DNA of 64,000 nucleotides, from contig MU004181.1 of NCBI GenBank assembly GCA_010093605.1, forward strand, positions 186,001 through 250,000, given 5' to 3'. Below the pieces are notes generated by a model. The model was not told the origin of the DNA. It made no database searches and worked only from the letters and a program-made list of their open reading frames with translations. Made by a program: the position numbers and the translations under genes. Origin of the DNA: Lophium mytilinum. Lineage: Eukaryota. Positions 50,515 to 61,160 of the stretch are shown one piece after another (within the stretch, counting starts at the first letter, position 1; the number at the start of each line of letters is the position of its first letter).

Positions 50515-50706
50515 GCTGTTCATGAGCGGGTGTTTGACATTGAAGTTGTCAGGGTCCTGGAATACGGTGACCGGGGCATCGTTGACGGTGTCGGCACTTC
50601 CATTGCTCTTGGAGTTATCAGAGCCGATGGTGGACTTGTCTCCATCGGGGGAGATGGGGATGGTGTCGAGCGGGACCGGCTGCTGAGCACATGCGACTTC
50701 AGCCAT
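50515..50706 (-). pseudogene. eIF4E N-terminal fragment
   Basis: MAEV..VPLDTIPISP..VTVFQDPDNFNVKHPLMN, the fungal eIF4E TVFHDPxNFNVKHPL motif; breaks off before the first conserved Trp. Confidence 0.85.
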
Positions 50707-50744
50707 GTTGAGGCTTTTCGAAAGGCGGTAAATTACTCGCTACA

Positions 50745-51010
50745 TCATCCTGCATGCTCCACGGTCGCAGCCAGGTCGGGATGGTTCGCTAGTGTGCATA
50801 CCAATTGACGTGACTGTGCAACGTTGCACTTGCGGCCAATCTGCACGACCACCTTCTTGTACAGCAATGCGCCATTCCGCTCGTGGAGCCTACGCGGAAT
50901 CGGGTTCCAAGGAGTCGAGGCGGCGTCGGGTGATGGGAAATCGGGCGCGGTGCATGGTTCCAGGGAGAGGGGCCCACAGCAGGGAATTGGCGGAAGCATG
51001 GATGACAAGA
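50745..51010 (-). pseudogene. Degenerate N-terminal part of an F-box-type protein
   Basis: RRLHERNGALLYKKV..QLVCTLANHPDLAATVEH resembles the common fungal post-F-box motif LY..V...LL.TL...P.LA..V. Confidence 0.35.
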
Positions 51011-54000
51011 AGAAGGATGAGAAAGCTAGATGGGCGGAAGTAGGATCTGTCTGGAGCCCTCCTGCATTCGGCCAGGACCGTAGTCAGGATGTCTCGCAGG
51101 TGGCCGGAAGGAGGATGGTGTCCCATGCCTAGCGGATCAATTAGGGAGACGCCAACTGGGCTCTTCAACTACGGCGGCGCTGCAGACTCGGTGCGTAGCG
51201 GAACCTGCATCCTGCGATAAACGACGGGAGAAACGGAGCGTTGTGATCTTCTTTGCCGCGGCCTTTCCGACGAGGAGGAACTTGCGCATCGTAGGAGTAA
51301 GGCGCTCAATCAAGGCCTGGTCTAGTAGCGTGACGACCTTCTTGATGTCTTCGAGCGGAGCTGCGACGGCGGCCGGCTGGCCCGAGGTCACCTTTTCGAC
51401 ACGCTTTCCATCTCCAAAGCTGACAACTGGAATTCGGTCAGCCGTGGCTGATTTTCCATCCTTGGGTTTATCACCTTCAGCCTTGCTGCCAATGTCGTTG
51501 TTGTCAGGACGTTTGGTGAAGCGCGGGATGGAGGTGCCGTAGCTCCGACTTCCTCATCAATAGGAGAGTTTGTGGCGAGATGATCGACAATGTTGAGTAG
51601 GATCTCTTCTGGAACTGCGTCTAGCGAGGCTGGAGCACGGTCTGGGTCCTAACAAGCTCGCAGAGAGGCAGTCCTGCACATGAACTGCGATGCTGTCAGT
51701 CTGCTTGATCCTGTGGACACGGGTGCTCTTTGACTTACGAGATGCAACTGGTAGTGCCCAAATCGTCGAGGGCAACCTTTTCTGGACATTTACCGAACAC
51801 TGGGTGCCAAAGAGAACAGCCAGTCTCAGAGCTCGCTTCTCTTGCGTCTCGATCTGCTGTAGCAGTGGGCAAAAGCGTGCAACAACTGGAAAAGGGTGGA
51901 AAGCGTGGTGTTGAGGTTTGAAGTGGGCAAGGCGAGGTGGGCTTCTACGAGGGTGCGAGCTGCTCGCTTAGCTAGAGCGCCTAACCTAATCGGGACGGCT
52001 AGGCTCCACTTTTGCCACTAGAAGGACCCCCTACGAGGAGTGAGAGATGAAAGCACATTTGCAGTTATCCACGCAGTGTGGGGACTACCGGAGCGGTAGT
52101 GGGAGGGTGCTTGGAGCTTTCACTTCAGGGGCGCGAAGGGTTTAGGCTTTAATAATATGGGAAAAGCTATCACTCCAAGGATTTAATCCATGAGATTAGG
52201 GGGTTATTGACGAGTTTGGGAACAGTTCGAATGGAGCTAATTGAATTTCTTGCTGTAAGGCTACACATCTCCTGGGACATACCCTCGAGTTCCTTTATAT
52301 CAGTATGATCCCCTCCTTGTAAGCCCCAGATAGATAGGGTGTAGAAAAGGCAGAAGAGCACTCGATGCTAGGGTTAGCGTGGTAGCCGTGGCTCAATCGT
52401 AAGAGCTGTAGCTTGTACACCCCAATCCATCTTAGCAGCGGCAACAATTTCCACTTAGGGTACATGAAGTAGCTATGCAGGTAAAGACATTATTTCTCCA
52501 TTCTTGGAAGAGGGTCGGTCCACGTCTTAGGTAGGCACTTCGCTTTCGTATCCCACGTAGAGACTCTCAGATTAGCCTTGAAATATACAGTTTCAACGTT
52601 TTTACGCAAACCTACGAGCTGTTAGAAGACCAGTATGACGACGGATATGACGGGGACCCTTTGGAGATAGTAGTACAAATCTGCGACTACTGGATGGCGT
52701 GGGGCGGGGCTGTGGCTAGCGAAAGAAAACTCCTGCATACCCGGAACCTATAGGCCACAGCGTCGGCACAGCGGAGCGGACTGCCGTTGGACCATGGCCT
52801 GGCCGATGTACGATGCGGTAGCCGTTGCAGCAACGCGCCGTGCTGATCTGCTCTCGGACTGCCGCCGTGAATCTTTTTAACTTCGACGAAAACGCTGCAC
52901 GGTCTTGAAGATGATTCCGTCGAGTACTCGGAGTATGGAACAAATCGAATGAATGGCGTAACAGCTCTCCATAGATGATAGTAGCCATATCGCCAGGAGC
53001 ACCGAGGCGCAGCGGATACCAGAGCTCGGAGCAACGCGTGTGACAGCGGGTTTTCCTAACGTGCTTTCAATGGAAGAAGGTTTGTTGACCTAACAGAACA
53101 CAATCTCAATCTTGCGCCCGAGTATTCATTTAGCAGCTCGGAAGTACGTCTTGTCCCTGACGCCTTCGGTCCTGATGCTGCGTCCACCATCTCCATGCTG
53201 CCGGCTGTTGAAGCTAGGGAAGATTAAGAGGTACGAGGTGCTTCTTATCGTATGTCGCCTAAAAGGTGCTGATGAATAATCTCCAATCCTTGCTTATTTA
53301 GGGCATCGAGACCCTTCCCGTTCTTCTGCGAACCGTACGAGTGCCGCCGAATCTCAGATCCATGCAAGAACCCGTGATGCCGGACAGCTGACCAACCCTT
53401 ATAGAGATTCATCTTCGTATGGATGCCTTCAAGATAGCGTTTGGATCGGAAACAGGTGTGTACTCGATTACGGGGGGCCTGGTCCACGGTTTAGCCTTCC
53501 ATGACATTCATTGGATGGGACACTCGGCGCACATTAACAAATGGCCAGAGATCTCCGCCAAGGCCTTTGCCAGAAGCATGCAGCCGGCTTCTGCGGACCC
53601 TCTCTGACGTATCTTAGTTGTATGATGTACGAACCGCGAGGCCTGCCGCGGTCTCGTTCGCAACTCCCCAGCCGTACGAATGTTGGAGACCTAGGGTTGG
53701 CCATGCCGGGATGATCAATCTTATCCAACGTTCGTGGCCTCCGTATCCGCTTGGTGGGAGCTAAGGTTTCATCCAGGCGTGGTTCGTGGTCGCGTGGTAA
53801 AAGACATGCTTTCTGAGGTAGGCGGACGGACTGATCTTGTACGCCTGTATCGGATTTATGCGCACAGGTCGCTCGCAGGGGGTCGATGAAGGCAGTCAAC
53901 AGTCTCGATAGTTTGTGATCGGCGTTCTTGGATTGGCGGTAGATGCGAAGTCGCAGGTAGGAGGAGGCGGGGTCTCTGCTTATGCTCGCGGTGGGCATTG

Positions 54001-54347
54001 GATATTTTGGAGGACTTCCCCCGGCCGCGTAGTCCTTCAAGATCATGCGAGAACTGTCTTGAAGATGCCGCCTGAATGGCTGCACTGCGGGGAGCAAGAA
54101 CAATGAGCGGGTGGTGGAGGATTGAAAGTAAGCGTTGTGATAGGGTACCCCGGGAAATGCCTCCGTCACTGGGCTACAGGAAGACTAGGAGCTGATGGGG
54201 CAAATTTACTTTTATATCACTCTTAGGAACCTGGTAGTGGATAACGCTGGGGGAACGCCGGACTTGGGAAGGTGTCAGGATCTGCCAAAAAGAAAGCCGA
54301 ACACTGCGAGGCTCGAACTTCGGCTCACTGGTCAAAAAATCGACAAA

Positions 54348-54449
54348 AAAAATTTGGAAGCTACTCTTTGGTAATGCGTGTCATCCTTAGTGCAGGGGCC
54401 AATGCTAACCTTCTCTGTATCGTTTCCAATTGACCAAATGCCCGAAGGC
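54348..54449 (-). ncRNA. U6: U6 spliceosomal snRNA (slightly variant)
   Basis: GCCUUCGGGC hairpin, then ..GAUACAGAGAAGGUUAGCAUUGGCCCCUGCACUAAGGAUGACACGC.. and a T-run terminator. TATA (TATATATT) at 54472-54479; B-box-like AGTTCGAGCC downstream at 54310-54319. Confidence 0.93.
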
Positions 54450-57400
54450 GAAGTGCGTTGAATTTATTGGAAATATATACCCTTAGACGTGGGTTGGTCA
54501 GTGCGCGGTTGTCACAATAATGGGCCTACGGGCCGCGAGAACTTCGGCAAGGAGAGCCTACGGCATGCAAGGTCTCCTCCGCCGCCTTTGCTTCTCTCCT
54601 ATTGGCGACGGCCGATGCAGTTCAATGCTTTCAGCAGGCCTGGCCTGGAACAAAATCCCACCGATGCAACCTACACTCCGGCTGACGTCGCTAACCGTTG
54701 CAGCTGCCAGCCACTCAAACCCAGATTGTGAGGTTCAAGGTTAGTTTTCCCACCAGTTCAAGTCCGCAACGCACTCCAGACTCTGCCTGATGAGCTATCT
54801 AGCGTAAGGCTTCCACGAGCGCTCCTTCACGACAAGTGTCGAGCCAATCGAGACCCGCACTTGGCGGGTCACCGGCTTTCCTCCCACACTCGAAACTAAG
54901 CTAGAAGGCAGCTCGGGCAGCAAAGCGGCTATGCAGTGGGACATCCATTCGACACAGTGGACTCTCTTTGCTGCTTCCATGACTACCAATTTGAGGAATG
55001 ACCCCTAAAACTGCCCCGTCTCCTTCTTTCAAATTTATGAACTAAGCTCTCATACCATTTGCAGGACACACCGATAGCTGGACCACTGTCGCAGACATTC
55101 GGGGTTCTTTCTCGCCCTCTCCTACCCAGCGAACGAAACCTCTTCATATGGCGAGCGATGCGCCAGAGAAATCTCTTGCATACGGTACCGATTTCCCGGA
55201 TTTGCGCTACAATCAACATTATCCATCAGCTGCAACACGACATCAATCTAAATAGTGCCGCCCTCAAATAATCCGTAATGCGGCACCCATCTGTAGCCTT
55301 GTGTGGTTGCACACAAAGCGAATTTTGGAGAAGGGAACCTTGTTCGCCAATACTTGGTTCGAAGAGCGAAGGCGGCGGACGGCTTGAAGTTCTGCGGAAA
55401 CGGGACAGGATTTGTAGATGTATGTGTTCGTGAGCGGCATAAAAGTTCCTCAATCTACCCTCAACTACCTGACAATCGATAGTAGAGGGTAACGCCAATT
55501 CCTTCGCTAAAGGGGTGCGCTACCCGGGCGACAAGCGGACACGGCATACCAAAGCCCATAGCGAGCTGCGACGAGGCCGCAATTGACTCTTAGGATTTTG
55601 CGGCTCTTCTCCTTCTCACTGAGAACTCGTCATATGTGGCGAAATCATCCCTACACTTGCTTGAATGACATCTTGTTATTCCTAGGCGTTGTATTGTCCT
55701 TGGGCTATATGGTGTTAGCAGAGTCTGGGCGAGGAATGAAAACATCTAACGTAGTATGACATACCGTCTATTCGTATGCCGCTTCAGCAATCTTCAGAAA
55801 GGTCACCACACCGCATCCCGATATGAGTACAAAATGGAGTAGCTACTATGGTACACCTCCAAGACCTCTCACCATGACGTCCGCACGCCCATGTACATTG
55901 AGAAACCGGAGACCCTCTGTCCTCCGACTCGAAGTGATGGGTGTCGGTGTCCCTGCATGCAGCGACAAATTCCCCCGTTCCGTCCGGAGGCATCGATAAG
56001 AAAGCACCCCCCACCTCCCCTCTAGTTGATATGTCGATGGGCGAAAGAAAGCTGGATGACGCGAGCTGGCATGGGCCCGCTGGTACCGTAACTACCATCA
56101 AGAGCCATAGTAAGTTTTCTTTGAGTCCTCTGCATACTTGGTTGCATTTGAAATCCGAACCGAGGCTGTCACAGCGCGTATTCTTTGCGTAAATACGCCT
56201 GACGGATTCTGCATTGCATGGAGTGCTCATCATCTGCCAGTAAGTCACAACCCCCAAGACGCTTTCCAAACTTCCGAGCTTGACGAGTTATTCCCGAGAC
56301 GCAGCGAGCGTAGTGACTGTGCCGCTATTCATAGGATCTTCCCCGATGTCGCAGCAAAGTACGCCCTCGATCTCTCTTCAACCCAGCTCGACAGGGAGGG
56401 AGCGTTCCGTTGCGTAGCCGTCAAGTGCTACTTGCGTCCATCGGTGTATCTCTACCAGCTCGAGGCAATTTTGAGCCGCATCGACGATGTGACCACCACA
56501 CGGAAAATCTGCCTCCTCTCCTCGAGACTCTCCTACCTTGTATGCTCCTTGAAAGGTAGGCCAGTTGAAAAGGTGGGCGCAAACGTAGGCGATTTCGTTG
56601 GATAAGTTGAAGGGACCAGAACATCGAATGATGGAGAATTTGACACCGATTCTCTTTCGCTGAGCTCCTCAAGTGGGCGGGATGATCCTCACCTACAGTT
56701 CACCCCGTGTAATCGGTTCTAGACTAGCGAAACCCATCGCTTGCCGCAAGGAGGCTGTGGGCCGCTATCCCGGTCGGCTACGCTCCGTAGGGTATTTGGA
56801 CTGGCTAGGTGTTTCGAGATAAAAGGAATCCATCGTGGTGAATATTCGCTATGTTGAGGAGAATGGCATGAATGGCCTCGAGTAAAGCTCGGTAGTCAAC
56901 CGGGTTAGTTTGGCTGATACCAGATAGCCATTACTGTCCCTTAAGGGTGTAGGATACGAAAAGTAGACGTTACGACGGAAATAGTGTCTAATGCTACTGG
57001 AAAGAAAGCATGGTGCCAGGCGGCTCGTATCATCAATTAATCTACCCTGTGGGCATCCGCTGGGGTTGAATTTGCTCTTGCTGCTGAATTAGGTACCTAG
57101 ATGCTACCCATATGATACAAAGATGTTCGAGTAGGGCACTCCGGACTAGATACTGGCGAGATCTGCCTCACCACCCCAAGTAGATGAACTACCTCCGTAA
57201 ACACCTTATCAAACCGAACTCATTCACTAATGATGAGACGAGAAATTTCTTGCTCTTGTACAGTTCTCGTACGGGCTGGGTGAGTGAATCGGTCGAAAGA
57301 GCACTACTGCGACTCAGGTCCCAACCAGGCCGCCATCTTACCTACACCACCATCCGCCGTCAACATTAGGCCTTGACCGTCGCCTAGTCCGACTTGTCCA

Positions 57401-60400
57401 CTCTTCTCTTTCCAGACTCCCTTCCGCGCTCAAGATGTGACAAGGACCGAATCGAGATCGGCCCCGCGCGATGCGTTTCCGCTGGAGCCGTGTATTGCTT
57501 TCACCGTCAACGTATTGCAAAGCTGGCTCTTAACAATCTTCCGTGCCTCTCCAGGCCCTTTCGTCCTCCTCCTCTTCGCAAGCCCCTACCGCGCTGAAGA
57601 TGTGACCACGACCAAGTCGAGACGACCGCGGCCAGTTGCTTCGCACTGCTGCTTGCTGTGCTCCCTCCGGATACGTGGATTCCTTTCAGCGTCAGCAGGC
57701 TAATAACTTTGGTCTTCACGATACTCTGTGGCTCTCCAGTCCGTTGTGTCCTCCCAAACTCCGATTTGCTTCCAAGACGCCACAATGAGCACATCGAGAA
57801 CACCTCGACCAGATTCTTGTTGTCCTGCGCCCCGCGTCCCGTGCTGCTACCGGAGAGGCGTGTGCCATGCGTCGTGAGGCATTCGAGAGTATCTTCCTGC
57901 GTACTCGAGCAGATGCGGGGAATGGCTACTGCACGACAAGCTCGCCGCAGCTTCCTCCGACAAACCCAAAACATCACCGGTCCTTGCTGTCCAAAGCTGG
58001 TATTCATTAAACAGATGGCAGACCTCGAGTCCCGATTGCATCTCTTTCCCCGCCAAGCGTCAGAATTTGCGCGGAACACCTACTTCATTCCTCCTTACAT
58101 CTCGATCGCGCCTTGTTCATCCAATACGCGGCACCCGCTGAATGTATGGAAGATATGAGGAGACTCGCCGCGACAGACTAGTCGAGGATCTGGCTGCGCT
58201 TGAATAAACCTAAGTGCGTTGAACAGAGATGGCCCTCCCCGCACCAAATCTCGTCACCGCAAAATCTCCGGGAGCTGTGGAACTGCAGCTGATCCTCGTC
58301 GTGGAAAATGTGGAGCCCTTCCGGGAGAAGGAACTTATCCGAAGAATGACTAACCTCGTCAGCCATGTCGTGCGCGTATGCCAACAATTCCTCCGGGTTG
58401 CGCGCTGCGTTCGCGCATACCTTGCGTATCTCGAACCCGAACTGGCCTACGCTCGTAGATGGAGATCCCAGGAGGGGGCGGCTTCACGTGAACGGTCGCG
58501 GTATGCTCGACAAAGAGTAGGGGAGAGGTCGCGAATGGGCTGGACGGGTCAGCGTTTCTGCCACGACAAGCGACCGAGTCCTACAGCTGATACGGTGTTT
58601 CTGTTCTTCGTTGCGGGCCGCGTCTGGGTGCTGTCCCTAGCTTGTTCCACGACGGCGCGCTACGAGGCTGCTGTTGCAATTGACAAGCCTCGGGCGAGCT
58701 GGTTCGATGAGGAATGGTAAGGCTGGCCTGCCGGCGCCATGAACTGCGCCTCCTCCTAATTCTAGCTCACCGGGAAGGCCGGCGTGTCTGTCCCTGCGTG
58801 TGTCATCGGAGGCAGCGGGAGTGTGTTGAAGTTGGTAATGGCTTGTACTTACTACGCTGTCCTTACTGGTGCTCTGCCCAGCAACGCCCAGTACTTTGCT
58901 TGCCATGGCTACGTTCTCACAACCATTGTATACCCGCTGCAAGGACTGGCTCTTGCGGACAGGATGCCGAGCTTTTGTGGTGACACTGGAGGCATCTCCG
59001 ATTCTTCCTGGACACCTCTCCGCTTCGTTGGGGAGTAGGTCGTGACTCTTGGTTTCCTGATCTGGCATGCCCTGTACGAGGGCTTTCGCGCTTGAGATAG
59101 AGGGGAGGGCCGGTTCCGGTGATCTGTGGCTCTTGGAGAGTCAGAAGCTCCTCGGCGAGGATCTGTGGGCTCTTGGTCCGACTTCGTGCTCATTGGGAAC
59201 CTGGGTCTTGTCAGCATCCTTGCGTCTTCATAATGAAGGTGTGAGACTTGGCGCTTTCTTCATCACCTAAAAACCTTCGTGCGGGAAGATAGGTATCTCA
59301 TGGTCCCTCCGATCCCTCCATGTTCCCTAAGCTTCTCTTTGTCGTTCTTACACCGACCTCGGCAGTCGATGTAATTGCGCTGCTCGCCGACGAATGTGCC
59401 CGATTGCAACTTGTTCAAAAGATAGAGGCAAGCGGCCACGTTATTGTGCCAGATGATGCTGGTAAGAGTGAGAGAATCTTGTGGTAGAGAGATCGTGGGG
59501 TCTGCCTATGTTCCAAGTATGTTGAGAAGATCCGATGGCAGTCGCAAGAGCAGGCGCCCCTTCAGTACGCGAGCTGAGTATCGGCGCAACCATGTGAAGC
59601 GGTAGTATGGCTGCGTTGGTCCTTGCCTAAGAAAAGAAGAAGACACGGAGGAACGCGTTCGCGAGAGGGAGGGCGGCCAGGTTAGCGGCGAGGAGGTGGG
59701 CGAAGAGTAGGAGAGTGACCAGTAGGAGCGCCGCAAGTACGACGCGTGTGATTGTCAAAAGATCCTCGAACGTTTGAGTGGGATGGTCTTCAGAAAACCG
59801 TGGTTGCCTTTCGGAGTGGACGAGGTGGAGAGTTAAATACCGAGACATCTGACCTTTGAGAGAAATGGCGTCCCGGAAACACGATGCAAGCCTATCCCAG
59901 TCAGCAGAGTCTTCAAGAAGTCTTGCTATAGCGACTATGTCGAGGTACAATCATGGCGTTCCAGGTCTAGACGTCTTGTCAGCAGAGGTGTGCTCGAAAA
60001 TGGGCGAGGGTATCAACACCAACTCGCGGGATGCACTCGATGTGCGGAGAAACTGCTGACCTGTACTCTGGCAGAAACTGCCCTGGATCTCTGCCTTTCT
60101 CCAATCGCCAGTCTTCCATTCTGCCACGTTGCCCGAGCGCGAGTGGTGCTGGGGTCCACTTCAAGCAGGACGCAGAAAAAGAAACACCAAGAGCCAGAGC
60201 GGCGACGCGTCAACACCAAGCGCGACGAGGAGTGAACAGCAACAAGGCGGGGTCTCTACGCGTCACGTCATCAGCACAACACCAACGCGGGTTGCCTCAA
60301 CACGAGGTCAAACACCAAAGCGCCCAACACCACCACTCAAGATACAGTCAAACCAAGAGCTGATCAAGAAACCAAAGCATTTCTTCTTCGAAGACCCAGA

Positions 60401-60790
60401 CAAGCTGAGCAGTTCAATGAAAAAAAAGGTTGAAGAGATATCTCATTCGAGTTTGGGTTCCAAAAATTCCCTGCCGATCCGAAGACCAGCAGGAGCAGGT
60501 CGATTGTAGTTTTCAATCAGCATTACACGGGCTCGGATGACTCCTCACTGCCACGCGTCTAGCCCTGAGAAGATGTTAGTGATGAGGAACTGTGGAAAGG
60601 ATGGGGAGGAGAGGACTTACCTTGCACTAGGATGAAGAACGGAAGGAGGAGCAGTGGCTGTCGAGAATATATGGAAAACTGCTGGGGCCCGTGCTCGGCA
60701 TTACTCATCAACGCTACGCAGTTTAACAGCAGGCAGTCTAGTTGGGGCTTCTTCTTCCGGTTAGCGTGTGGAAAGTAGGCCGGCAGGCGG

Positions 60791-60862
60791 CCAGGAACCA
60801 GGAACCAGGCGGTGGCCAGGAACCAGGCGACCAGGCGACCAGGCGACCAGGCGGCCAGGCGG
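60791..60862. repeat. Array of nine CCAGG units, mostly 7-8 bp period
   Basis: CCAGGAA, CCAGGCGA and CCAGGCGG units read directly. Confidence 0.85.
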
Positions 60863-61043
60863 GCACAGCGGGAGACCTCCACGGATCAACCTCGGGGGAC
60901 TTGGCCACTCGCGTATCGAGGAACTGGGCAGCAGGAGGGCCTTGTTACGGGATATGCCCCAGATTGTACAGCAGCAGTACGAGGCCAGATGATGTGGGTG
61001 CGCTGCGAGCCGTCGATGCGGACTATTCGGCGCTGCAGTTGAT

Positions 61044-61160
61044 TAGCACTCTTAGTCGTTCTTTGAGTGGAGGAACGGTGCATAGCACTCTTAGTCGTTC
61101 TTTGAGTGGAGGAACGGTGCATAGCACTCTTAGTCGTTCTTTGAGTGGAGGAACGGTGCA
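61044..61160. repeat. Three exact tandem copies of a 39-bp unit
   Basis: TAGCACTCTTAGTCGTTCTTTGAGTGGAGGAACGGTGCA at 61044, 61083 and 61122, with no spacers. Confidence 0.95.

Noticed and set aside
54296..54333. tRNA-like T-arm (GTTCGAGCC)
   Set aside because: No D arm, anticodon arm or full cloverleaf; better explained as the downstream B box of the U6 gene.
55600..55680. CAAGTGTAG on the minus strand resembling the U2 branch-point recognition region
   Set aside because: Lacks GTAGTATCTG, stem I, stem IIa and an Sm site; a chance match.
61044..61160. 39-bp repeats as a CRISPR array
   Set aside because: Head-to-tail copies with no spacers, in eukaryotic DNA with no cas genes.
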